Part shown: positions 54,705 through 64,000 of the stretch, piece by piece
How positions within the stretch are numbered: position 1 is the stretch's first letter
Layout of the letters: the number at the start of each line of letters is the position of its first letter
Virus record (IMG/VR): IMGVR_UViG_3300044712_001937
Coordinates: 203,681 to 267,680 of that record
Direction: 5' to 3' (one strand)
Source of the DNA: a virus
DNA length: 64,000 nt
Translations under genes and position numbers: made by a program
The notes under the pieces: model-generated
What the model was told of the DNA's origin: nothing
What the model saw: the letters and a program-made list of their open reading frames with translations, nothing else
Database searches by the model: none

Positions 54705-55121
54705 AATTGTTTTTAAAAATAAGAAAAATTTTAATATTTTAAAAAATAGGTTAAATAGTAATAAGGTAATATAGATAATGTCAAAATCAACGTCAATGGC
54801 ACAGACCTTCTTCCACATCAAGGACACAGACAAAAACTAAGTCTTTTTTCGTAAGCTAATTATCCAAGCCAGCATGTTTACATGAAGGACTAATAGGTAA
54901 CTTATCTTACTACATGGTGGTTGTTTAAAAAGAACCCCAAAAAAACTTTATTAGTTTTGTAGAAGAAGCGGTTTTTTGCATATTAGATATCCAATATCCG
55001 AAGATTTGGATGCCAAATAAATTGTTAATTTATTTATTTATCATAGTATTTTTAAAGAACCTTATTACTAAATATAAAGAAAGGCAAACTCGGTTTATAC
55101 TTTATTTGCCTTTCACCCTAT

Positions 55122-56072
55122 TTAGTTTTCTATATCGTCAGTATTATCGTTTTTATTAAGTTCGTTTAAGAACAAATCGATAGTTTTTTGGAATCTACTA
55201 TCTACTTCAATTCGCATTGAAGCAATCGTTGAAATAGCATCCTGACGAGTTTTTTCAAACTCATTATTTACGCCACGAACTACTTCATTATATTTCTTCA
55301 TTTCGCTATCATAATCAATACGAAGATTTGAGTTAATCTCATCAATATTTGCTTGTTTATCTGCATTAACTTTTGCAATACGAGCATTTTCGGCAGTTGC
55401 CAAGTTTTTAACCTTGGCTTTAAAATAATTAACTCGTTGTTCGTATTGACGATGCAAACCAGCTAATTCTTCATGAACCTTAAGTAATTCATCAGGAGTG
55501 TGATGAACAGTAATTTCAATTGGAGTTTTTTCTCCAACTTTAAGTTCCATCCAATCAATTTCTGGAACATTTGGAAGTTCATCCCTTAATCGAGAAAGAT
55601 GACCATCTTTATGAATAAATTGTCCAATGTGAGCTGCAAATGCTTCAGCTTCCATATATTCATTTAATTCAGTAGTTGATAATTGTTCCCAACCAAAATT
55701 TTCATTAACTTGTGGCATGGGTTGATAATTTTCAAATGTAGGACGTTTAGGCATTTCAATATTTGAAATGTCAGCTATTTCACTACGAACATTTTTAAGC
55801 AATAAATCTTTAGCTTTAATGTTTTCCATTAAAAATGCCTGACAAGCGTGTAATTCAGCAACTTCTTTCAATTTACTTACTACATCAGTAGGTAATTTAA
55901 CACCAGTTTTAAGAGTTTTTTCTGAATCACCAACTTTAATTGTTTTTTTAAAGTTGTTAACTTGAGTTAACTCATTACTGATTTTAATTGCTCTTTGATT
56001 ACAAAGATTGGAAATAGATTGAGCTTGTGAAAGACTCAAACCTTTATTTGGAACTAAATTATTCTTCTTCAT
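55122..56072 (-). CDS. Hypothetical coiled-coil protein (316 aa), followed by a hairpin at 55076-55117
   Basis: Long ORF with a heptad-like charged composition. The terminator-like hairpin aaaggcaaa...tttgccttt lies just past the stop. Confidence 0.45.
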   Translation of the reverse strand: MKKNNLVPNKGLSLSQAQSISNLCNQRAIKISNELTQVNNFKKTIKVGDSEKTLKTGVKLPTDVVSKLKEVAELHACQAFLMENIKAKDLLLKNVRSEIADISNIEMPKRPTFENYQPMPQVNENFGWEQLSTTELNEYMEAEAFAAHIGQFIHKDGHLSRLRDELPNVPEIDWMELKVGEKTPIEITVHHTPDELLKVHEELAGLHRQYEQRVNYFKAKVKNLATAENARIAKVNADKQANIDEINSNLRIDYDSEMKKYNEVVRGVNNEFEKTRQDAISTIASMRIEVDSRFQKTIDLFLNELNKNDNTDDIEN

Positions 56073-58530
56073 ATATAAAGTTTTTAGATTAGTTTAACAT
56101 TATGCAAAGATATATTCTTTTTTGTTTTTAACAAATTTATTATCGATTAAACCAAATTATTTTATCAAATTCTTTCCGGATTGAATTATGATTAACATCA
56201 CTGGCATAAATTGTAATATTAGTCATTTTATCATCTTTAATATAATTTCCAGACCCATCATAATCAATATATCCACCACATTTAACTGAAGAAATAAAAT
56301 TATTTAAAGACATTACATTTCCATATTTAGGAATGTCAGATAATTCGTATGACATAATCATGCGTTTATTACGGTCAAGTTTATTTCGTAATTTTACTTC
56401 AGGCATATTTTCCGTTAGAAACATATATTCTTGAAAAGATTTAGTATTGATATATTTATCTAACTTCTCTTCAATAACTATATCAAGCTTATGAATTTCA
56501 TTATTAATTTCTTCAATTTTTTTTGTGATTTCTTCGTTAGTCATTATCCGTAAACATTAAGTTGTGGATTATTTTTATTATTGAAACGCCAATATCTATA
56601 TTGACTCTTTACAACATGTTCATTATTAAATTCACCTGACGTTGCAAGATATGGCATTTTAATAAATGAACAAAAATCGGCTTTTTGGTCAAGACTTAAA
56701 TCTTCCCATTCATTTTCCCAGAAGTTAATATCTGATTCTTCAATTTCAAATATTTCTTCACCTAATGGATTTTTTCTACCTGTAGGTTTCATATTAGTTC
56801 TTATTCCAATTAAAAAATTCATTAAACATTCCACCAATATTATTATAATTATCAGTTAAAGGTGATAATATTTTTTTATTTTCACAATCAACCTCATAAA
56901 TAAATGATTCATTTTGTTCTGGTGTACTAAATATCATCAAAATAACATCTTTTTTACAATTTAATTCAGAAACCCTAATATTACCAGTTTCTAATAATTT
57001 TTTCATTTCACTATTTTCTGTAGTTTCAGCAGCATATGCTTCAATAATAATTCCTGCAGCTTGAACTAAAGGGGTATGACAAATTTGAGTAATAATAAAA
57101 CCAAGTTCTTGTTTTCCTTCAAATGTAGAAAATAATTCAGAAGGTATGAACGATAATGTTGGAACATCTTCTTTAAAGAAAAATAAAGCTGGACTTAAAT
57201 ATCCATCATTTTCGAAATTTTTAATCATTCCTAATCGAAGAGATTCTTTAAATATTGAAAGTTTTTCGTTCATGATTTATATTTTTGTTTAATACGTTTC
57301 TTTTTGAATTTTGTTACAATAAATCAATGACATCTTCATCATCATTTTTATATATTCTATCAATTATTTTTTGTTCTTGTTGACTTTGAAGCTGATACAA
57401 TTCTTTTGGAGATAATGTTAATAATTGCTCAATAGAATATCTGGGAGCTTCGTATTCATTTTCATCATATATTAATTGTTTTTCAGAAATACGTAAGCAA
57501 GCATCAAAAACATCCTTTTCTTTTGCATTTCTAACTTTAAAATTATATTGAATACGTTCAGCATTCAGTTTAATCCAAAGTTTCCGGTCTGCATCACTTT
57601 TAAAAAATTTACTCATAATAGCTAATATAATATCCATCAATACCCATCACAACTTTACCACAACAGATTAAATCACCTGTGCAACAATAATAATATACGT
57701 AATTTCCAACTATAAACATAATTTAAGTTTTATTAATATACGAAGTTATTAATTATTTGTTGTCGCTTTTATTAGTTTTTTTGCTTGTTGTCTTGCAGTT
57801 TTTTTACTTTTTACAGTATTCAGTTCAACCTCCCACCAGTTTACCCATCCCTTTTTAGGATGAAAATCTGGAAAATTTACTCTTAATTTATTCCTAAGTC
57901 CGTATGCTTTCATCGTAATATTGAATTTCCATTTTCCCATTTAAATATCCAATGATATCAATTTCCATATCACATTCCCATCCACCACTATAATAATCTT
58001 GACTTCTAATATATGTTAATTCAACCACAAGATAATTTGACGCAGGTATTGAATGTTTTTTAATATCATCATCTATACGTGGAGTGAATACTGATAATAT
58101 TTTTTCAAAATCAATATCTTTGAATAAATCTGTTATTCCAGATTGACTTATCTCATAATCCAAAAGTCTATCTGCTGTTGATAAATTCACCAAAAGATAT
58201 TTTTTATCTGTAGTTTCTTTGAATAAACCAACAAATTGAAGATAATAATTTGCTTCAATTAAACAGTTATTAGCACCTTCATTTTTATTTATAGTATATT
58301 CCGGAAGGATATCAAATACCATTTCTGGCTTTTGACAATTATCTCTCAATTCCCGAATATAGTTTTCAGAAATTTCATATACCTCAATATTTAAAATACA
58401 TCTAAGAGTTGACATTATATTTTCCTTACTATTAATGATAAATTATTGTCATTCTGCATAACACCACATATTGGTTTAAATCCAAGATTATTTAACTGAT
58501 TTTGAATTTCATAATTATAATCGCATTCAG

Positions 58531-59370
58531 TTAACTGGTTAAAAAACAAGTATAACCTCTACCTGAAATGTCTTTATATCCCCAACATTCACTATTTTTA
58601 TTTTTTTCAGTCATAACATTCGATGAAAATATAAAATATCCACCAGTTTTTAATGCTTTATATGCTTGACTAAAATATTCAAATCTATCCTTTTGTGAAC
58701 AATGCTGTAATACATTTATTGAATAAACTATATCATAAAGTTCATTTCCAGATAAATCTTCATATAGATAATCCGGAATTCCACTTTTATCAATTTCAAT
58801 AAAATTTTTATATTTTTTTAAAAATTTCGGTATAGTATAATCAATTCCTGTATAATTACACTTATCTTTCATTTTAAAAAAGAAATTACCATATCCGAAT
58901 CCAATCTCCAAAATATTTAATTTTTCTGGATTATCGTCAATTATTTTATTGATAATATCAGTAATACCAATTGCATCAGGAATTTGATTAGTATTTTGAT
59001 TAACTTCTTTAATATTTTTAGAGGGACGACCACAAACACTTAATTTTGGAAAATATTCCTTACTTTTAATCCAGAATTTTTTATTATTAATTTTATTGGG
59101 ATGAAATCTTTGAATTCCTTCATGTTTTAATATTAAGCAAACTCTATCTTTAGATAATGTATTTTGTACAATCACTAAATCTTCAAATATAAATGTATTA
59201 GTACAAATCATAGGTATTTGAATATAGTTTCCATTATCATCTTTTTTACAATATTTATTTTTTACAAAATATTCATTTTTTTTGTATGATAAATCTTTAA
59301 AATAATTAAAAGAAGTGTTAAATGATTGAAACTGTTCCATAGTTAATACATTATATGATAAGCTCCCCAC
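58531..59370 (-). CDS. Class I SAM-dependent methyltransferase
   Basis: Motif I 'LNILEIGFGYGNF'. A later 'GGYFIFSS' fits the post-I region. Confidence 0.5.
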   Translation of the reverse strand: MGSLSYNVLTMEQFQSFNTSFNYFKDLSYKKNEYFVKNKYCKKDDNGNYIQIPMICTNTFIFEDLVIVQNTLSKDRVCLILKHEGIQRFHPNKINNKKFWIKSKEYFPKLSVCGRPSKNIKEVNQNTNQIPDAIGITDIINKIIDDNPEKLNILEIGFGYGNFFFKMKDKCNYTGIDYTIPKFLKKYKNFIEIDKSGIPDYLYEDLSGNELYDIVYSINVLQHCSQKDRFEYFSQAYKALKTGGYFIFSSNVMTEKNKNSECWGYKDISGRGYTCFLTS

Positions 59371-59768
59371 ATTAATAATAAATGTATTGTATTATCTGTC
59401 ATAGCATACACATATGCAGTAAATCCACCTTTTAACATTTGATTGCCGGGAGTGTTATTAAGATATGCCCATTTAGCTGAATTATTAACATCATCAATAT
59501 ATTGTTTCATTCCATATCCTTTAATATAATGCATATAATATTCACCTAAACTGAATTTATCAATAGGAAAATGTGAAAGAAATACAACTATAATCCAGAT
59601 TAAATCAAAATTCTGCATAATAACACAAACAGATGCTGTATATATCACACAATGCAATATTGCATAATACCAACCAAGTTTAGTGTTTTTTGACTTATTT
59701 AAAGCCATTTCTTCCGTTTGTAGTAAATAGTCGCCCAATAAATGTCCCAAAAATAATTCAAACATCAT
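59343..59768 (-). CDS. DUF3307-like membrane protein
   Basis: N-terminus 'MMFELFLGHLLGDYLLQTE' resembles the DUF3307 start. The ORF is hydrophobic. Confidence 0.35.
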   Translation of the reverse strand: MMFELFLGHLLGDYLLQTEEMALNKSKNTKLGWYYAILHCVIYTASVCVIMQNFDLIWIIVVFLSHFPIDKFSLGEYYMHYIKGYGMKQYIDDVNNSAKWAYLNNTPGNQMLKGGFTAYVYAMTDNTIHLLLMWGAYHIMY

Positions 59769-61662
59769 ATTTTACATAAATTTTTAAGTTCTTCCCAAGT
59801 AGGGGTAGTTCCTTTATTAACAAAAAATTCAATACCTAAAGAATGCCAATTATCACCATAACATAATTCAAATTTATCATTTTCATCTTTTACAAGATAA
59901 GCAGAATCATATGAAGCACCATCCATAATAAAATGGTCAACTGTTGACGAATTTGCAATCAATTCATCAAATTCATCATTCATTATAATAAATTTTCTAA
60001 AATTAAACCAATCTTTAACAAAATCACCTGAATTAAATATCATATGACAACTTTTAATATCACCATATACTAATTTAACTGAAGTATATCCCAAATTAGT
60101 TTTATTTCCTTCATCATAAACAATACTAACAACTGCCATTATAATAAATTTTTAATATTAATCAATTCAAATTCTTCAAGCATTGGACTACCTGTACTAT
60201 TAATAGCAACACTGTTAAATTTTTTTAACCAATTCAAAATATCTTCTTTTTCGCCATTAATAATTACATTATCACCAATTTTAACGATAATATCGTCATC
60301 AGTAGTATCAGGTGGAAATATTACTTTAATTTCACCAAAATTAAAATCAATTGAAATCGAATCTGGTATTGTTTTTTTTAAACTTTCGGTTAGTAGGATG
60401 TTAAGTACCATAATTAATGATTATTTTTCCTATATTTTTCCCTATTATTTTTTTTATATGATTTAATTTTTTCATCTGCAAAATCATTTGCAAATTTCAT
60501 TACTTCTGCAATTGTCCAATCACCAAGTTCTTTTCCACCTTTATAAGTTTTATCACACCATTCACTTATATAATTCTCCGCAATCATATTTAATGATTAT
60601 TTTATCCAAACTTCTTTATAATCAACTAAATTATCTGTATTGAAAGGCAAAACTGAGGTTAAATACTTAGCTTCCTCTTTATTGATTTTTTGTTTATCCC
60701 AAATTTCACTTAGTTGTTCATCTGAAAAATATCCCAAAGGAAATAATTTAGTTGTGTATACATTTATATCAATGAACGTATTTTCAGGTAATTTTTTGAA
60801 CATATAATAAACATACATAACTCCTTTACCGGGAGACTCTATATGCTCCAATAACATTAATAAACAACCAAAACTTATTTTCAAAGTTGTTAATGCTTTT
60901 AATCTACTTAAAAATACTTGTACTTGAAAAATAGATAAAACTTGTTTATATTCTTCAGATTCTTTATCAAATTCTTCAACATTTTTATTTAAAATTGGAT
61001 TATCTGAAAATAATATACCAATCATATTTTTTGTTTCATCCTCTGACATAGGAGTATTAGGAGAATGTTGGTCGAAAATTTCGGAAAGTAAATTAAGGTT
61101 CATTACTATTTAAATTTAGTTAATAATAAACAAATGTATTAAAATTTCTGAAAATGAACAATAAATTAACATATTTTTTAAAATGGCAAAGTATCATTAT
61201 TTTCAACAGCTTCATCTAAATCAATTAATGATATTATATATGAATTAACATCATAACCATCATATAAGCCTATTACAACACCTCTTTTCGATTTTTTTAC
61301 TATTGATTTTATCATTTGATAATTATCATTAGGTTCATATAAATTTAACATAACTTTAATTGAATTCATAGGTTTTTTAACTTCAATAATAGGTTCACTT
61401 TTGTCAACTAAACCATTATCAAGGTTAACAGGTAGTAATATATCATATTTAGGATTAATAATATCATTATCTACATCATATTCAAATTCAAATGTAGTTA
61501 TAAATCTAATCTTATTAATAGGGACTTGATTATCTAAAAGCAAGTCCCTATTAATTTTAATTAAATTAACTGGTGTTAAATTATCACCAGTCGTATGTTT
61601 TTCATAAACAATGATTTTCTTTTTAAAAGTGATGAATGGAAATTTAAATGAAAATTGTAAGC

Positions 61663-62058
61663 TCATAACTTAATGTTTTGCATCAATCTGTTTTTCATAT
61701 TTTCCAATGTTTCTTTTGGAACATTATGTTCATTAACTCCATTATGCCTATTTTCAATTACAATATAGAATACCTTATAACCAAAAAGTTCAGCCATTGT
61801 CGAATATGGTAACATATCCTTTTCAGTTGTATTTGTATTTGCAATAACAATACGTTCTGCATTAGCACGCATAAATTTCATACACTTACGTTGACACCAT
61901 TTATGTGCTTTATATGCATTATCATATGACCAATTATATTTTCCATCATGCATCATATAATCATCAGCAGTACAAATAGCTTTAGTACCCAATGTTTTAG
62001 CAAATGTCGATTTCCCAGCTCCCGGACATGCCCTTAATATATAGAGAATTTTTTCCAT
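61663..62058 (-). CDS. Small P-loop kinase (AAA_33 or polynucleotide-kinase-like)
   Basis: Walker A 'CPGAGKSTFAKT' at the N-terminus. Its size and position next to a ligase-like gene suggest a nucleic-acid 5'-kinase. Confidence 0.45.
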   Translation of the reverse strand: MEKILYILRACPGAGKSTFAKTLGTKAICTADDYMMHDGKYNWSYDNAYKAHKWCQRKCMKFMRANAERIVIANTNTTEKDMLPYSTMAELFGYKVFYIVIENRHNGVNEHNVPKETLENMKNRLMQNIKL

Positions 62059-62094
62059 AAAATTTGAATACGATATTTATTTAAATTTGTTTCA

Positions 62095-62646
62095 TTAATC
62101 ATCAAATTCGAAGTCTATATCTATAGCTTCTAATTGTTTTTCGCTATATTCAGACCTTATTTTTTTACGAACTTCCATTAATGCTTTACCCAATAAATTC
62201 ATGCCCTGCCATTTTCTTTCATCAAGAACATCATCATTACTCCAAATCAAACCAATACCCCATATTTTATCAACTGGAGAAGCCTCAACTAATGTTTTTG
62301 CTTTGGTATGTAATAATGAAGTTTTTAAACGTAAATTTTGAGTAAATTTAGCATAATTAACATCAACCATAACTTGAAATGATATTATCATCCATTGTTC
62401 TGGATTGAAATTTTTAACTTTTCTTCCTAATGCTTTATTTTCTTTTGGATTTGGAGTTTTAATTATTAATTCAGCAGTTTCCATATCACCAAAGTATATC
62501 GCTTTTTCCCACATAAATGCTTGTTCAGTATTGAAAAAAGTAATTCCTTTATATTTGAATTTACATTCGAACCAATTTGAATATATACCACTCCAAAAAT
62601 ATATGTGACTTTTTGTTATTCGTTCACCTTCAGTATAGTTTTTCAT
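62095..62646 (-). CDS. NADAR (YbiA/DUF1768) domain protein
   Basis: 'FWSGIYSNWF...FFNTEQAFMWEKA...KIWGIGL' matches the YbiA motifs 'FYS..FSNF...TSEHYFQAQKF...AYWGDG'. Confidence 0.65.
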   Translation of the reverse strand: MKNYTEGERITKSHIYFWSGIYSNWFECKFKYKGITFFNTEQAFMWEKAIYFGDMETAELIIKTPNPKENKALGRKVKNFNPEQWMIISFQVMVDVNYAKFTQNLRLKTSLLHTKAKTLVEASPVDKIWGIGLIWSNDDVLDERKWQGMNLLGKALMEVRKKIRSEYSEKQLEAIDIDFEFDD

Positions 62647-62768
62647 TTTATTCAGATTTAGTATATTTAGCTCTAATTATTTTTATTTTTCCTTTTAAAT
62701 CATTATCAATTTCTCTTGATTTTGTAATCGAGATAATAAAATCAGAATTTTTTACTTTATTAATAGAT

Positions 62769-63686
62769 TTATTCGTTGGTTTCATCTTTTTTATAAAATA
62801 AATTTTCAATAAAAATTTTCATAGCATTTACTAAATGCTCAGTATCTACAGATTCTGCAGTTTTAGGTATTTTTTCTTTATATCCACGTTTTTTATATGT
62901 AGTAATACCACTTGTAGGAATTAAAACTATTTTAAAACCATCTCTTGTTTCTTCGTATTTTAAGCAGTATCTTAAGCTATACCAAGTATTTTTATAATAT
63001 TTAAGATTTTCAAATTGATTAAAAAACTTTAAAAATTGTTCAATACATTCTTCTTTTGAATTATAGTCGATATTTTCTCGATTTAATATTCTATTAAAAT
63101 CCATATTATAGTCACGATTTTTAATCAACCCATCTTCAGTAAAATACATATGACCCATTCCATAATGATTTGAATAATTTACTTCAATATATTCATAAAC
63201 TATTTCTTTAAAATGGTCATTATATTTAGAAATATAAAAACTATATCTTTCTTCATTAAAAATAACATCAACCCCATCATAAAATGATTTAATACTTGAA
63301 TCACTTTCGATACCTATTAATCCCCTTATAGGAAATTTAGAAATCATCTTTAAAATAGTAATGTTTTGAAGATGATATGGTGCAAAATACTTATTAAAAG
63401 TATCTGAAACAAGATATACTCTATTTATTTCATGTAAATGCCAGTCATGTAAAGCTTCTGCATATTTTTCATTAGTCATCGATTTTAAATCACCATTTTT
63501 ATTAACTAATAAAACTTTAGTATCATCAACCTTTTCCTTTATTTTACAAATACCTAATTCCCAATGATTAATAACGTTAGGTTTAGGAAAATTTTTTATT
63601 TTTTCAACTAATTCTTTATCTGGATTATCATAAATTGAATATCCATCTTCTTTTCTTATCAAATTGAATTTACTCATTTTAATCAA
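62769..63686 (-). CDS. Hypothetical protein, possibly an ATP-dependent ligase-like nucleotidyltransferase (N-terminal KEDG motif)
   Basis: 'LIRKEDGYS' resembles ligase motif I (KxDG, as in T4 Rnl1 'KEDGSL'). The later motifs are not convincing. Confidence 0.25.
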   Translation of the reverse strand: MIKMSKFNLIRKEDGYSIYDNPDKELVEKIKNFPKPNVINHWELGICKIKEKVDDTKVLLVNKNGDLKSMTNEKYAEALHDWHLHEINRVYLVSDTFNKYFAPYHLQNITILKMISKFPIRGLIGIESDSSIKSFYDGVDVIFNEERYSFYISKYNDHFKEIVYEYIEVNYSNHYGMGHMYFTEDGLIKNRDYNMDFNRILNRENIDYNSKEECIEQFLKFFNQFENLKYYKNTWYSLRYCLKYEETRDGFKIVLIPTSGITTYKKRGYKEKIPKTAESVDTEHLVNAMKIFIENLFYKKDETNE

Positions 63687-64000
63687 GTTTAGTTGTTAAT
63701 ACAGTTGCAGCAATGCTCGGTCTGGTTAATGCTACGTATTTTATCTGATTTCGTTCTCTTACGAGCCAATTTTGGTTAATATCATTCTCCATCACGAATA
63801 CATGTGAATATGTACTACCTTGAGATTTATGCCCGGTAATTGCATAACCATAATCCATATCTTTAACAATAACGTCACTACTACTTCTGGCTTGACCATT
63901 AATATATTTATCAATGGTTTTCATCAAAATATTATTGCGTCTAAATTCGTAATATTTTTTCCACAATTTTTTATTGTTTTTTGCTGAATCTCTAAAGTAA
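63679..64000 (-). CDS. C-terminal part of a RecD/Dda-like SF1 helicase; the gene continues beyond the window end
   Basis: 'GYAITGHKSQGSTYSHVFV' matches helicase motif VI of RecD/Dda-type helicases. The true start lies past 64000. Confidence 0.5.
   Translation of the reverse strand, partial: YFRDSAKNNKKLWKKYYEFRRNNILMKTIDKYINGQARSSSDVIVKDMDYGYAITGHKSQGSTYSHVFVMENDINQNWLVRERNQIKYVALTRPSIAATVLTTKLD

Overview
This is a 64 kb, strongly AT-rich window packed with short ORFs arranged in long co-directional blocks. The + strand block runs from 1 to about 30.3 kb, interrupted by two minus-strand islands at 16.1-17.8 kb and 21.8-22.7 kb. The minus strand block runs from about 30.3 to 64 kb, with one + gene at 49.5-50.1 kb. 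Blocks are separated by bidirectional hairpin terminators. Typical large virulent phage content is present: LAGLIDADG and HNH homing endonucleases, an Rnl2-like RNA ligase, a P-loop kinase, a MazG-NMNAT fusion, macro and NADAR domains, tRNA-like elements, and a reiterated terminator-promoter cassette. This reads as a segment of a large (jumbo or T4-like) phage genome, probably of a Bacteroidota host. No capsid, terminase or tail genes fall in this window. The standout is at 13.7-15.9 kb. A 482-aa TnpB/Cas12f-like RuvC plus zinc-finger protein is followed 221 bp later by a CRISPR array of six identical 36-nt repeats and five 29-30-nt spacers. No cas1, cas2 or cas4 is visible. The repeat has the GTTGTAA...TTACAAC inverted termini and 36/30 geometry that I recall for Bacteroidota type VI-B (Cas13b) arrays. 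So there are two competing readings: a new phage-borne miniature type V system, or a phage array that exploits host Cas13b with a neighbouring TnpB. Either is unusual. Two paralogous genes at 28.6-28.9 kb and 29.9-30.3 kb each end in a repeat-spacer-repeat unit with the same 36/30 geometry. Their repeat family is divergent but related, and the two 30-nt spacers are unrelated, so they look like solitary mini-arrays. Other accessory content includes two DUF262 paralogs, a flotillin-like protein and a second SPFH-like protein, an AAA_21 ATPase two-gene unit, an AbiEii-like nucleotidyltransferase, an Hsp90-like GHKL ATPase, and GC-richer non-coding islands. The remaining ORFs in the supplied track are mostly plausible small phage genes of unknown function and are not all listed individually.
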